NCBI RefSeq assembly: GCF_009914755.1
Contig: NC_060929.1
Origin: the human T2T-CHM13v2.0 reference genome, Homo sapiens
Length of the DNA stretch: 64,000 nucleotides
Direction: 5' to 3' (one strand)
Part shown: positions 1 to 12,654 of the stretch, in pieces
Layout of the letters: every line of letters starts with the position of its first letter
Numbering within the stretch: position 1 is the first letter of the stretch
Notes under the pieces: model-generated
Databases searched by the model: none
What the model was told of the DNA's origin: nothing
What the model saw: only the letters and a program-made list of their open reading frames with translations
Made by a program: the position numbers and the translations under genes

Positions 1-887
1 ACTTCTTCCTAGTTTTCCTTAGTCCTTCTAGCATGCAAGTTAGCAAATGTCTGCGGCACCAATCTCCATGTTCTGATTCTGTGTCCCAATGAGGGTCTAC
101 ACTGGGAACTGCCTGCTGGCCTGTGAAGAATCGTTTTCTTTCCTCTGTTGTCATCCTATCATTGACCTGACTGAGATACCAGAGATCGCCAAACTCTCAA
201 GCTGCAGTTACGGCGGCATTTCTCTCATTTGGGGTTAGTGTCTGATCTAGCAGTAACATTATATCTCCATGTCAGATCAAAGGATTGTCCTAACCCTTGT
301 AAAATATCAGTATAGCCATCAGGGTTATCTGAGAATTTACCTGGATCTATTTTAATTTGCTTCAAGTCTGAGAGAGAAAAAGGTACATGCACTCTGGCTG
401 GGCTGAATTCTCCTCCTCCCACCGCTTGGAGGGGGCATAATCGGGGAATATCGGCACTCTTTGGTTCATTGTTTACCCCTTTGTCTATCTCCTTTTGGAC
501 CGTTTGGGTTGAAGGGGGGTCCTTATTAGTTGGGGAAGGAGTCAGGGGGATGCCGGAGAAGGGAGGTAGACTCTGAGGGCTTTCTGTAGGGCATAAATCA
601 CACTTTTTACATAATTGCGAGTTGTCTCTTAATGAAAAGAAAGTTTGTACATACGGCACTTCACTCCATTTGCCTTCTTTTCTACAAAAGAGGTATAGCT
701 GTAAGATGGTGTTATAATTTATTCTGTCAGGAGGCCAGGTTTCTCCCCCTTGAAGAGGATATCGTGGCCTAGCGGTACTGCAGAAGAATATAAGTAGTTT
801 CTTTCTTAGCGTCTGAGGGTCATATTGGTCCCAATTCTCCAGAATACATCTTAGGGGTGTTTTTGCCTTTGGGGGAACACTTCCCAT
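1..887 (-). pseudogene. HERV-W gag pseudogene (matrix to capsid region)
   Basis: ATG at 887. Frame is open to about 265, where a 2-nt loss after DLTWR shifts it (stop at 225). The native frame continues IMLLLDQTLTPNERNAAVTAA*EFGDLWYLSQVNDRMTTEER with an in-frame TGA. Confidence 0.88.
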
Positions 888-897
888 CGCTTTGGAG

Positions 898-915
898 GTC
901 CCATCTGGGTCACCA
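898..915 (-). other. Retroviral primer binding site, tRNA-Arg(CCG)-like
   Basis: TGGTGACCCAGATGGGAC lies 2 nt after the U5 end ...GGTAACA. It differs by one CpG-type change from the complement of the recalled tRNA-Arg(CCG) 3' end. Confidence 0.7.
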
Positions 916-917
916 AA

Positions 918-1730
<813 letters not shown>

Positions 1731-2309
1731 ACTAGAGTATCTTGAGGGCACACTTATTCACCACTGCTCATCAAGCATGTACTGTATAATACCCAGCTCA
1801 TGGCACATGAGAAATGGTATTGGGTTGAACAAAGCATAGTAAAAAACCAAAGATTTCCCTTTAAAGTGGGATCTGCAGTGTAGCTGCTGCAAGTCCTCCT
1901 TTTGTTTCTCCAAGCACCTTTTTTTTTTTCCTTTTTAAATTTTGTCCATATGTATGTGCACTTATTTAACTAGGTCCCATGGCAGTTAGCATACTAGTCA
2001 CTTAGACCTAGACAAGTAGGACCCTGTACTTGGGAGTGCCTTTCTCAAAATTTCCCATCTTTTCCAGTGCCTGTGACCAACTGGGGATGGCAGGGCCTTC
2101 TGGGTGTGGCACTGGAGCCCAGGGTAGAACCTCTGTTTCTTCCCTCCTCAACACTCTACCCTGCATGGGGCACAACCAGATGCCTCCAGGAGCTCGAGGA
2201 CTCAAATGTACAGGGTCATCCCAGGGCCTTGGTTCCAGGAGGGTAGACTGGTTCCAGGAGCCTGGCCAGTAGACTGCCCCCACCACTGGCAAAAATGTTT
2301 CTCTCCTGA

Positions 2310-2646
<337 letters not shown>

Positions 2647-3257
2647 GACGTGCTCATTTTGAGTGACTCAAATTATTTAGATAAACAGGGTCCACACAAC
2701 AAATATTTGCCTGGGCCTTGCATATCCTTAGAGTAGCTCTGCCTCTAGATTATTCATTCTTAAATTTCTTAGAGATGAAACTGTGGGCTGTCTTACACTG
2801 AAAAGATTACCACAGTAGTAAACCTTGTTTCTTGGGAAAGAATCCAAGAGGATTTATGGAGACAAGTCAGTTAAAGCTGTTGTCCACATTTTTCTAGGGG
2901 ACATTTTTATTTAGACAGGCATTTATGCCAGAATTTTTGTAAATGCATCATGAGAAAACGTCCAAATGCCTTAAAAAGACTTAAAAAAAAAAGGATAAAG
3001 ACTGAAAGAGCTCTTTGCCACTCTTTTTCTCTCTGTCTTCTCAAAGCAAACCTAATAAATGTTTAAAAATATTTTAAAGCAATGAGAGAGAAAATCATGA
3101 CCTTCTGAAACTCAGACTACTAGCTATCTGATTAATCTTCCTGGGAAACTTATCCTTGTTAATAATGTTTATATTGGACTAAATGCTGAAATAAGATTTT
3201 GGCTGTATTTGGATTAAACAAAAATATATTATCAAAATTAATTGTACCTGTTTCACC

Positions 3258-3550
3258 TTTTTTTTTTTAAGATAGAGTCTTGCTCTGTTCCCCAGGCTGG
3301 AGTGTACAATGGTGCAATCTTGGCTCATTGCAACCTCCGCCTCCCGGGTTCAAGCAATTCTCCTGCCTTAGCCTCCTGAGTAGCTGGATTACAAGCATGC
3401 ACCATCATACCTGGCTAATTTTTGTATTTTTAGTAGAGACGGGGTTTCACCATGTTGGCCAGCTGGTCTCGAACTCCTGCCTCAGGTGATCCACCCGCCT
3501 CGGCCTCCCAAAGTGCTGGGATTACAGGCATGAACCACCCCACCCAGCCT
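3258..3550 (-). mobile_element. AluS (Sx/Sz-like)
   Basis: Full dimer with poly-T; TSD-like ttcacctt/ttcatctt. Confidence 0.9.
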
Positions 3551-3846
3551 TCATCTTAGTTTTTTAATGTGACTATATGAAAATGTAAAATTACATAGGT
3601 GATATATATTTGTGGTTCACATTCTATTTCCTTTGGATAGCACTGTGAGTTGTTAAAATTTCATGAACTGTGAACATAGACATGGAAGCTTCCTTAAAAT
3701 TGGCTAGACATTTTAATTCAGCCAAACCGAAGAGGACAGTCATTGGCTGAAAATCTAGTGGAAGAGAATGGCGGTGAGAGGAGAGATCACAAGGGTTAGA
3801 AAAGTGCTTACCTATCTGAAAGGGGAGGGTTTGGGACAGGACTCAG

Positions 3847-3905
3847 AAATTGGTGCATCCAAAGATGACAGGAGGATGATCTGTCATCTTTGGATGCACC
3901 AATTT
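3847..3905. repeat. Perfect 25-bp inverted repeat with 9-nt loop
   Basis: aaattggtgcatccaaagatgacag-gaggatgat-ctgtcatctttggatgcaccaattt. Confidence 0.97.
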
Positions 3906-5919
3906 ACTTCACAGAAAAAAGATGAAGTACACCCAACCTGACATGTGCACTCACTGACTCGCCCTTGGGCCAAAGTGTGAGTTCCTCATTCTTAAATCTA
4001 ATCCCCATAGACTTGATTGCAGCTAATTTCTAGGACATGGCACAAAACTCTGGACTGAACTTCAATCGAAGGGGGATAATGTTTCAAAATCAACCTGCTG
4101 GGAACTTAAGCCATAGTAATTTAGGCATTCAATGCACACGTGACCTTGATTTTTAGTCAGAAGCTTGTGAGATGCAGAGATTTTTTTATATTGATACAAG
4201 AAGGAAGCCTGCAGGGATGGATTGATACATCTAGCTGCTTCACAATCCAGACAAGTCCTCAGGGATTTTTTTTTTAATTTTAATGTCTAATGTAAAATGC
4301 TTATAAGAAGTAAGATATCTGTCACACTTTCCACTTACAGTGCTTTTGTTCTTTCTGCCATTTGTCCTAACACCTTCCAGCTCCTGGGTGCTGCTGAAAT
4401 GAGTGAGCAGGGTAATTGATGAGAGTTTGGGAGCTGGGAGAGCAGTGAGCTGATGCTTGGAGCCTTGCCGCGATCGGACACAGTAGGTTGATTTTCCCCT
4501 CAACATGCAGGACCATACCTAACGATTCCTTACAACAAAACAGAATACAAAGTAAAGAGGATTTGACACACAGCAATTCCTACCATCCTCTTGGCCCCCC
4601 AGCCCGGGATATTGAAGCCAAAGTTGAATTTGAAAAGCACATTTTCCCAAACTCCTATTTTAAAAGCAGACACTATCTTAATGGCACAGTGATAACAATT
4701 ATATTCAGTTATTTTTTCTTCGATCCTGCCAAAGAGATGCTTGGGAAAAGCAAAGATTTTTAACATCTGGCTTGCCTGAACAGAATTCGTACTTCAGTGA
4801 AGAATGCTACATTATGAAGACTTCTCTTTCAATTCTTTTAGTTTCTGGATATCAATGAAGATATCACCACTAATGAAAGTGGTAAATCTGGGGAAGATTA
4901 CTCAGAGTGGCAAGATTGCAACATTTTTCCCAGGGATTTTTAGGGACCCTCTCAACTAAACAAATAGCAGTAAAGAAGAATCACATTTTAAAATATCCTT
5001 CTAATGTACTCCATTTTAAATATATACACCTACTGTGTACCCATGAAAATTTTAAAAAAAATTTTAAGTATCCTTCCAGAGGTTTTGTGGAAAGGTGGGG
5101 TTTTATTTTCTAATATCACAAATATTACTTGTTGATTCAAGCCAGTCATCTAGCCAGTTATAGCAACTTCTCAAAGCTATTTTAGGAAGAAATTTTTGCT
5201 TCTTGTCATCTTCCCACCAAAGATAAGTTCTGGAGAAGTTCATACGCTATTAACTATGACAATAACTGAGACCTCAATTTACATTTTTCTCCTTGCTACA
5301 AACTCATTCCTGGGTCACCAGAATAGACATAGATATGAATGTGTAGGCTCCATGAGGACCACACCAGGCAGGATACAAAAACACTGGAGTGTATCAGGAG
5401 AAGTGATTTGCCCTCCTCCTACCTGCCAAAGGTGGTGATTTAGAAGTGATTTAGGAGTAAGACTGGGGAGACTTCTTGAAGACATCTTGGGATATTAGAG
5501 TCATTCTATTCACGCACTCGCTCCTTGAGAAAGGGGATCATTTGCCATGGTCCCTCATAGAGAGGATCCCTAGAGACAATCCCGCAAAGCTCAAGGGTAC
5601 ATCTGAACATAGGGACTGGCCCCAGTTTCTCGTTTGGAGTGTGCCAAGTGACAGAACCCATTGGCACATGCCAAGCCCCACGCAAAGGCCACCAGAGAGC
5701 TGTGGACATAGGCAGAGGGCCTCAGAAAGGGGGGCAGAACAAGTCAGGAGAGGGCACAAATCACCTCCCAGTTCTTCAAACACCCAAGGTGGTTGTAATA
5801 GGGAGTCTAAGATTCTTGGGGCCCGAGAGGTCCCATAAGATGGCTGACTGGCTGGTTGAATTGCTAAGCAAACTTCCGTTCCCTGGACACACAGGAAGCA
5901 AAGGGACTCAGTAGTAATA

Positions 5920-6925
5920 TTAGTCTCAGGCTAAAGGGTCCCCTGTCCTGGACCCCATGCTTTACAGGGTCCTGCCTTTGCCAACAAATACATTTACTAA
6001 AGAACACGCATTGCTGCCGTTCTGGGTCTGAGATCAGAGCTCAGAGCTGGCACAGACCAACCTAAAACTCTAAATATTTGCTCTCCCAGCTGACATTATG
6101 CAGGCCCCAGGGAAATCTCCACTTGCATTAGATCCTGTAAATAAAAGATGTTATATGCAAAACTCTGAAGGTTTATGGGCTGTGCTGCTACAGAGGCTGC
6201 TTTGGAGTGTGAAGAGGATAGCAGTATTGTTCATATTATGCTTAAATATGTATATATGTAGGTTTAGTTATATGCCTGAAGCATAATTCCTGTTCTTTAC
6301 TATGGCAATTTGATGGACATTAAATCCTAGAATTGCAAATAGTTTTTTTTTTATAAAATAGGCTTTTTAATTTTAATAAATCTTGAATATTTGACATGAA
6401 ATCTTAATTATTCAGAAATGTAGGAAAAGTAAATTTATTTATATTTGTTTACTCCAATTTAAATTTTCTTAATGCATTCAAATTGCATATATTTTTAATA
6501 TAATTACATTTAATTTTTAATCCATTTGATCACTGCTGACACAAGAATACAAGTTATATATGAAAATATTAATTTTATCAACACAATTAGTGACTTTGCT
6601 AGAAATGACCAAAAAATTTTGATTCTAGCAAGTAAGTACATACTAATTTCTGAATTATTACTCATCCAAACATTGCCAGCCCATGAAGAGAATGCCCAGG
6701 TACATGCAATACAAATTAAATTCAATAGTCTTTGATATTTTGCTAATTCTGGGCTTTATATATATTTTTCTAATTTGTCCTCATAAAGGTATGTGTGTCA
6801 AGTGAGGATGACAGGACATATTTCATTTAGCAATTTGTTAGTTTGATTTATAATTCTAAAAAATATATACTTAGGGAATGGGGTCTCCATTTGCTCCATG
6901 CCTTGTAAAGTTTGGGTGGACATGA
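5920..6925 (+). mobile_element. Degenerate hAT-Tip100 (Zaphod-like) DNA transposon fossil
   Basis: Peptide YENINFINTISDFARND in ORF 6526-6735 resembles the end of a hAT dimerisation domain. AT-rich core; ggtctccatttg near the end. Confidence 0.4.
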
Positions 6926-7574
6926 AGGAATCCCATCTGTAGAGGCTCACGGTAGACCACTATCCTGAGACTGGATGAAGCCGAAGTGAATGTCAAAATG
7001 CCATAGGCATCCAAGGATCACTGAGCCAGCAGGTGGTACCCATCGACCAGACTGGGTGATGACATTGGCAGCTGGAATCAGCAGAGAGGTGACTGAAATC
7101 AGCTATTCCACTTCCACCTGCCCCACTGCCTGCACCAGTCAGCTCATTCTTCCTCACCTTCCCCTCTCCCTGCTGCCTTCACAAGAAGTCAAACATGAGA
7201 TTCCTTCCCTGGAAATTCACCAAGAGTTGAATGCAGTTTGAATTGCAGTTGAATGCAGGGAGTGAAGGCAGTGTGAAGAGAGAATTTTGAACTGGATAGT
7301 AATTGAAATGATAATACTTGAATTTGACTACAGATATATTACATTAAACCAGTGCTTAACAGATTGCAGTATTTTCCTGCTATAGAACATGAGTGGGAAC
7401 TTATAAAAGAAAAATGGGCACCAAAATGAAGTGTTTCATGTTTGCTGATATTTGGGTTCTTCTAATGCCTACCTTCTACTGGTAGCACCATGCCAGAAAA
7501 TAGGACACTTTTTTAATTGTTGAAATCATCAAAGATAGAAGGATTGGGATTATTCATTTGTTGGCTTGATGCAG

Positions 7575-7735
7575 TGACTTGTAATTCTAGCTGCACGATA
7601 GAATAACTGAGAGCTTTAAAAATGTTTCAATTTCCAATTTTGCCCCATCCCAGAATAATTGAGTGTGAATCTCTCTGTGTACAGATTCTATATGTCTTAA
7701 AAGCAACCCAAGTGATTCTAATGAGAAAATGGTGT
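7575..7735. mobile_element. MER5-type MITE
   Basis: ctgcacgatagaataactgagagctttaaaa...ccaagtgattctaatg. Confidence 0.5.
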
Positions 7736-8069
7736 TGTAACCCACAGGAGATACCTGCTTGGTCAATTGTTTGCCACTTTTGTGTCTGTGCTGTCAGATA
7801 TTCACAGATTCACCAGTTAATGCTGTACTCTTTCCTCTTTCCCTAGCTGTGTTGTCATGGTCCAAGACCCTGCCTCAGGTGCCTTGCACAAGAGCTTGTT
7901 TACTGAGGGGTATGTGACAGCCACATCAGTGACCTGGGGAAATTAGCCTGTGTCAAAGCCAATTAGTCACACTGTTTCCACTTTAATAAAGGAGATCAAT
8001 TAAGAGGAGAGCTGCACTGGAAAATTCCCAGGCCTGCCAGACCTAGGGTGTTATGTTGTTAGGCACCAA

Positions 8070-8150
8070 ATTCATTCATTCACTCAACAACCATATATTT
8101 AGTGCCAGCTATGTGCTGGACACTGGAAATAAAATGATAAATACAGATAC
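8070..8150 (-). mobile_element. L2 3' end
   Basis: ttcattcattcactcaacaa...gtgccagctatgtgctggacactgg. Confidence 0.6.
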
Positions 8151-8226
8151 AACAACAACAACAACTTTCAAAGCACTCTCAGTTTTTTATCACCTCGGAA
8201 ATCAATTTCTCACCTGCCTATTTTTT

Positions 8227-8335
8227 AAAAAATTGCCTTCTCTCTTGCATTGTTTCTGATATGGAATCTTGTTATCTTTATCTTTACTCTTCTGTATATA
8301 GCATGTGTTTTCTCTCAGACTGCTTTTAAGACTTT
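8227..8335 (-). repeat. Inverted copy of 11192-11301 (L1M ORF1 segment)
   Basis: Reverse complement aaagtcttaaaagcagtctgagagaaaacacatgctata...gcaagagagaaggcaatttt aligns with 11192-11301 end to end. Confidence 0.85.
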
Positions 8336-8624
8336 AAAAGCCCCTGAATTTCAACGACTCTTTTCTAGACTTTGGAATTTGAGAGGTCAGTAATCTTTTT
8401 AGTTAGAAGAGTTACCAGTTTTAATTGTGCAAGGTAAAAAACAAAATGAAAGATTTTTTGACACACAAAAAGTAGCAAATAGATCATCTCAGTATAAGGA
8501 ATTGCAATTTAAATTAAATAAATTTAGCTTCATGAAAAACTATACAATTTTTTTCTCCTTTTGCTGCTTCCTAACAAGCAGTTGTTTAAAACCTTCCTTA
8601 CTTCCTTTTTCCTTTCTTGTTTAA

Positions 8625-8717
8625 AGCTTGCTTTCTTTGTTTCTTTCTTTCTTTGTTTCTTTGTTTCTTTCTTTCTTCCTTTTTTCTTTTCTCTTTTTTC
8701 CCTTTCTTTTTCTTTCT
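8625..8717. repeat. (TTTC)n-rich polypyrimidine tract
   Basis: Direct reading. Confidence 0.9.
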
Positions 8718-9426
8718 AATGAGCAGTACCTGTTCTCATTCTCCAAATAAATATTCTATGATCAAATTACACTTCCAGCCAAGATAGAGAAAAAGACCAG
8801 ATTTACCCTCTCACCTTAACCAATAAATTTTAGAAGTATATGAAACAATGGTTTTCAAGACACTGGATATCAGACAAAAACAGTGATTCCTGAAAGACAG
8901 GAGATGAATGAGGTGAGTCCTGTGATTACCCCGGTTTAATGTTTTGAGATAGAGTCCAGTCTGTAGTGCAGGGGGGAAGAACCCAAGTCGAGCCTGGAAG
9001 ACTCCCTGACTAGAAATAGAGCTAAAAGTTGGGAGTGAATAAAGTGACAAGAGTCACTGGAATGTCTACCAGGCAAGATATCTGAAGATCTGTAACTCCC
9101 TTTGAGTTTTAAGCTGAGCAATAATTAGCACATGCATGGAAGGAAACTACCTGAGGCCAGGAACAGAATCACCTGGAAGGACAGAGGTAACAGTGTCTGG
9201 CATTCACACAGAGTCAACATAGTGCCTGTACCCAGAAATCACACTGGAAAACCTCATGTTTCATAAGGCATTTGGTAGAATACTCAGAAAGGTCTTGTCT
9301 TGGTAATGGGGGATAATTAGCCCTGTAATACGAGGACTGCTCTCGTCCCATTTAATAAATCATGAAACCAAAACCTGAAAGGATTGAACTATTTTCACAT
9401 ACATTAACTGTGTCCCAGAACAAAGC

Positions 9427-9800
9427 TGATTTGGTTTGGCTGTATCTCCACCCAAATCTCATCTTGAACTGTAGTTCCCATGATCCCTACATGTCATGGG
9501 AGGGACCCAGTGGGAGGTAATTTAATCATGGGGGCCGTTACTCCCATGCTTTTCTCATGATTGTGAGTGAGTTCTATGAGATCTGATGGTTTATGAGGGG
9601 CTTTTCCCCCTTTTGCTTGGCACTTTTCCTTGCTGCTGCCATGTGAAGAGGGATATGTTTGCTTCTCCTTCCACCATGAATGTAAGTTTCCTGAGGCATC
9701 CCCATCCCTGCAGAACTGTGACTCAATTAAACCTCTTTCCTTTATAAATTACTCAGTCTTGGATATGTCTTTATTAGCAGCATGAAAATGAACTAATACA
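9427..9800 (+). mobile_element. THE1 solo LTR (THE1C-like, ERVL-MaLR)
   Basis: TGATTTGGTTTGGCTGT...CAATTAAACCTCTTTCC...AACTAATACA; TSD aaagc/aaaac. Confidence 0.9.
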
Positions 9801-9856
9801 AAAACACAAGAATATTTACAGAGATATAAAGCTTGCAACAAGGTAAAATTCCCAAT

Positions 9857-10608
9857 CGCTTTGCGTTTATACTGAGTAATGGGATTGCTGGGTCAAATGG
9901 TATTTCTGGTGCTAGATCTTTGAGGAATCACCACACCATCTTTCACAATGGTTGAACTAATTTCCATTCCCACCAACAATGTAAAAGCATTCCTATTTCT
10001 CTGCAACCTTGCCAGCATCTGCCAGTCACCATTCTGACTGGGATGAGATGGTAACTCATTGTGGTTTTTATTTGTATTTCTCTAATAATCAGTGATGTTG
10101 AGCTTTTTTTCATATGTTTATTGGCTACATGAATGTCTTCTTTTGAGAAGTGTCTATTTATATCTCTGTCCATCAACAATAGACTAGATAAGGAAAATGT
10201 GGTACATATACACCATGGAATACTATGCAGCCATAAAAAGGAATGAGATCATGTCCTTTGCAGGGACATGGATGAAGATGGAAGCCATTATCCTCAGCAA
10301 ACTAACGCAGGAACAGAAAACCAAACACCGCATATTCTCACTTATAAGTGGGAGCTGACCAATGAGAACACATGGACACAGGGAGGGGAACAATACACAC
10401 TGGCGCCTGTTGAGGGTTGGGGTGAGAGGAGAGAGAACATTATGAAAAACAGCTAATGCATGCTGGACTTAATACTTAGGTGATGGATTTATAGGTGCAG
10501 CAAACCACCATGGCACACATTTACTTACATAACAAACCTGCATATCCTGCACATGTACTCCAGAACTAAAAATAAAAATTAAAAGAAAAAAACAAAAACA
10601 AACAAACA
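9857..10608 (+). mobile_element. 5'-truncated L1PA (PA8-PA10-like) with 5' inversion
   Basis: 9857-~10167 is antisense ORF2 end; ~10168-10608 is sense 3'UTR plus A tail. TSD aaaattcccaat at 9845-9856 and 10609-10620. Confidence 0.85.
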
Positions 10609-12300
10609 AAAATTCCCAATTGTTTACATCGAATTAATAATTACCAGGCATGCCAATTATCACTAGGGATAAAGAAAAACATAACCTATAATAGGAAAAA
10701 AGCAATCAACCAAAATAAACACAGATCTAGATACATGGAAGAAATAACAGACAAAACAGTGATTACAACTGTATTGCTTACAGACAAAAAAGTTAAACAG
10801 AGACACAAAAGATGGTTTTAAAAAACAAATAGAACATCAAGAGATGAGAACTACAGTTTCTGAGATGAAAAAACTTCACTGGATGAGATTCACAGAAGAT
10901 TGAACATAAGAAAAGAAAAAAAGTAGTGAATTTTCAGATAGAGTAATAGGCACTATCCAAAATGTAATATATAGAGAAAATAGATGTTTATAAAAATGAA
11001 CAAAACATCAGTGTACTATTGGACAGCTTCAAGTGGATTTATATATGTTTAATCAGAATCACTCAGAAGGATGAGAGTGGGAAGGGGCAGAGAAAATATT
11101 TGAAAAAATGATGACTAAAATTATTTCAAGTTTGATGAAAGTTTCAAACCCACACAGCACAATCAAATTATTCAAAACCTGTGATAAAGGGAAAGTCTTA
11201 AAAGCACTCTGATAGAAAACACATGCTATACATAGAAGAGCAAAAATAAAGATAACAGTAGATTCCATATTAGGAACAATGCAAGAGAGAAGGCAATTTT
11301 TATTTATGGTGATTTTAGAACACTCAACAAATTAGAAATAGAAGGAAATTCCTCAACCTTATAAAGAGCATCGATGAACAACCTACATCTAACCTCACAC
11401 ATGATGATGAAAGACCAAATAATTTCTCCCCAAGATAAGAAAAAAGAAAAGGATGTCTGTTCTCACCAGTTCAAGTCAACATTGTACTGGATGTTCTAGT
11501 CAATGCAATAAGGCAAGAAAAAGGAATAAAAGTTATCCAGATTGAAAAGGTTGAAGTAGATTATTTTTTTAAATGATATGGCCCTTTATGTAGAAAATAT
11601 AATGACATCTACAAAAAAAACTACTTGAATGAATAAATGAGTTTAGCAAGGTGGCATGATATAAGATTGATGAACAAATTAAATTGTATTTCTATATCGT
11701 ATTAACAAACAATTAGAAATTGAAATAAGACAATGCCACTTACAATAGTATCAAGAAATAGGAAATACATTTCTTGTATAAATCTGACAAAATACGTGAA
11801 AGACCTATACACTGAAAACTGCAAAACATTGCCTAAAAACAATTAAAGACCTAAATTAATAGAGATACATTATCTGTTCATGAGTTGAAAGACTCAATAT
11901 TTTTACAATTGCAATTCTTTCTAAATTGATCTGTAGATTCAACACAATCCCAATCAAAATTTCAGCAGACATTTTAATAAAAATTGGCAAATTGATTCTA
12001 AAGTCATATGGATGGCATTCAACCAAGGTGGAAAGCAAATAAATAAATAATCATATGGAAATGCAAAGGACTTAGAATAGCCAAAATAATTTTGAGAAAA
12101 AAACAATATAGAGGACTGACACTACTTGGTGTCAAGACTTTAATTATAAAGTTACAGAAATCAGGACAGTGAGATATTGTCATTAATACAGACAAACAGA
12201 TCAATGGAATAGAATAAAGTGCCCAGAAATAGACCAACACATATATACACAACTAATTGCTGATAGAGGTACAAAGGCAATTCAGTGGGGGAAAGAATAG

Positions 12301-12654
12301 TTAAGTCTGCTCTAACAAATTAGCACAAGCTGGGTGATTTATAAAGAATAAAAAGTTACTTCTTGTAGTTACAGAGGCTGGAGGTCTGAGATCAGGATGC
12401 CAGCATGGTTGGATTCTGCTGAGTGCCCTATTCCAGGCTTCCGATTGCTGTCTTCTTGATGTATCCTTACATGGTAGAAGAGGACAGGAGAGCTCTCTGA
12501 GGTTCCATTTACAAGGGTGCTAATCCCATTTATGAGGGCTCCATCCTCAAGATCAAATTACCTCCCAAAGGCACCACCTTTTAATACCATCACACGGTGG
12601 ATGAAAAGTTCAACATATGAATTTTGGAGGGACACAAACATTCAATCCATTGCA
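12301..12654 (-). mobile_element. MLT1A-like solo LTR inside L1M
   Basis: gaggctggaggtctgagatcagg...cctcccaaaggcaccacc...gacacaaacattcaatccattgca. Confidence 0.8.

Noticed and set aside
4333-4531. Possible minus-strand exon (GTAAGT donor at 4333-4338, small CpG cluster, 88-aa ORF)
   Set aside because: Acceptor is weak and ambiguous, the peptide is unrecognisable, and no transcript evidence is available.
7023-7041. CTCF-like GCCAGCAGGTGGTA
   Set aside because: Mismatch at the core GGC; single motif hits are common by chance.
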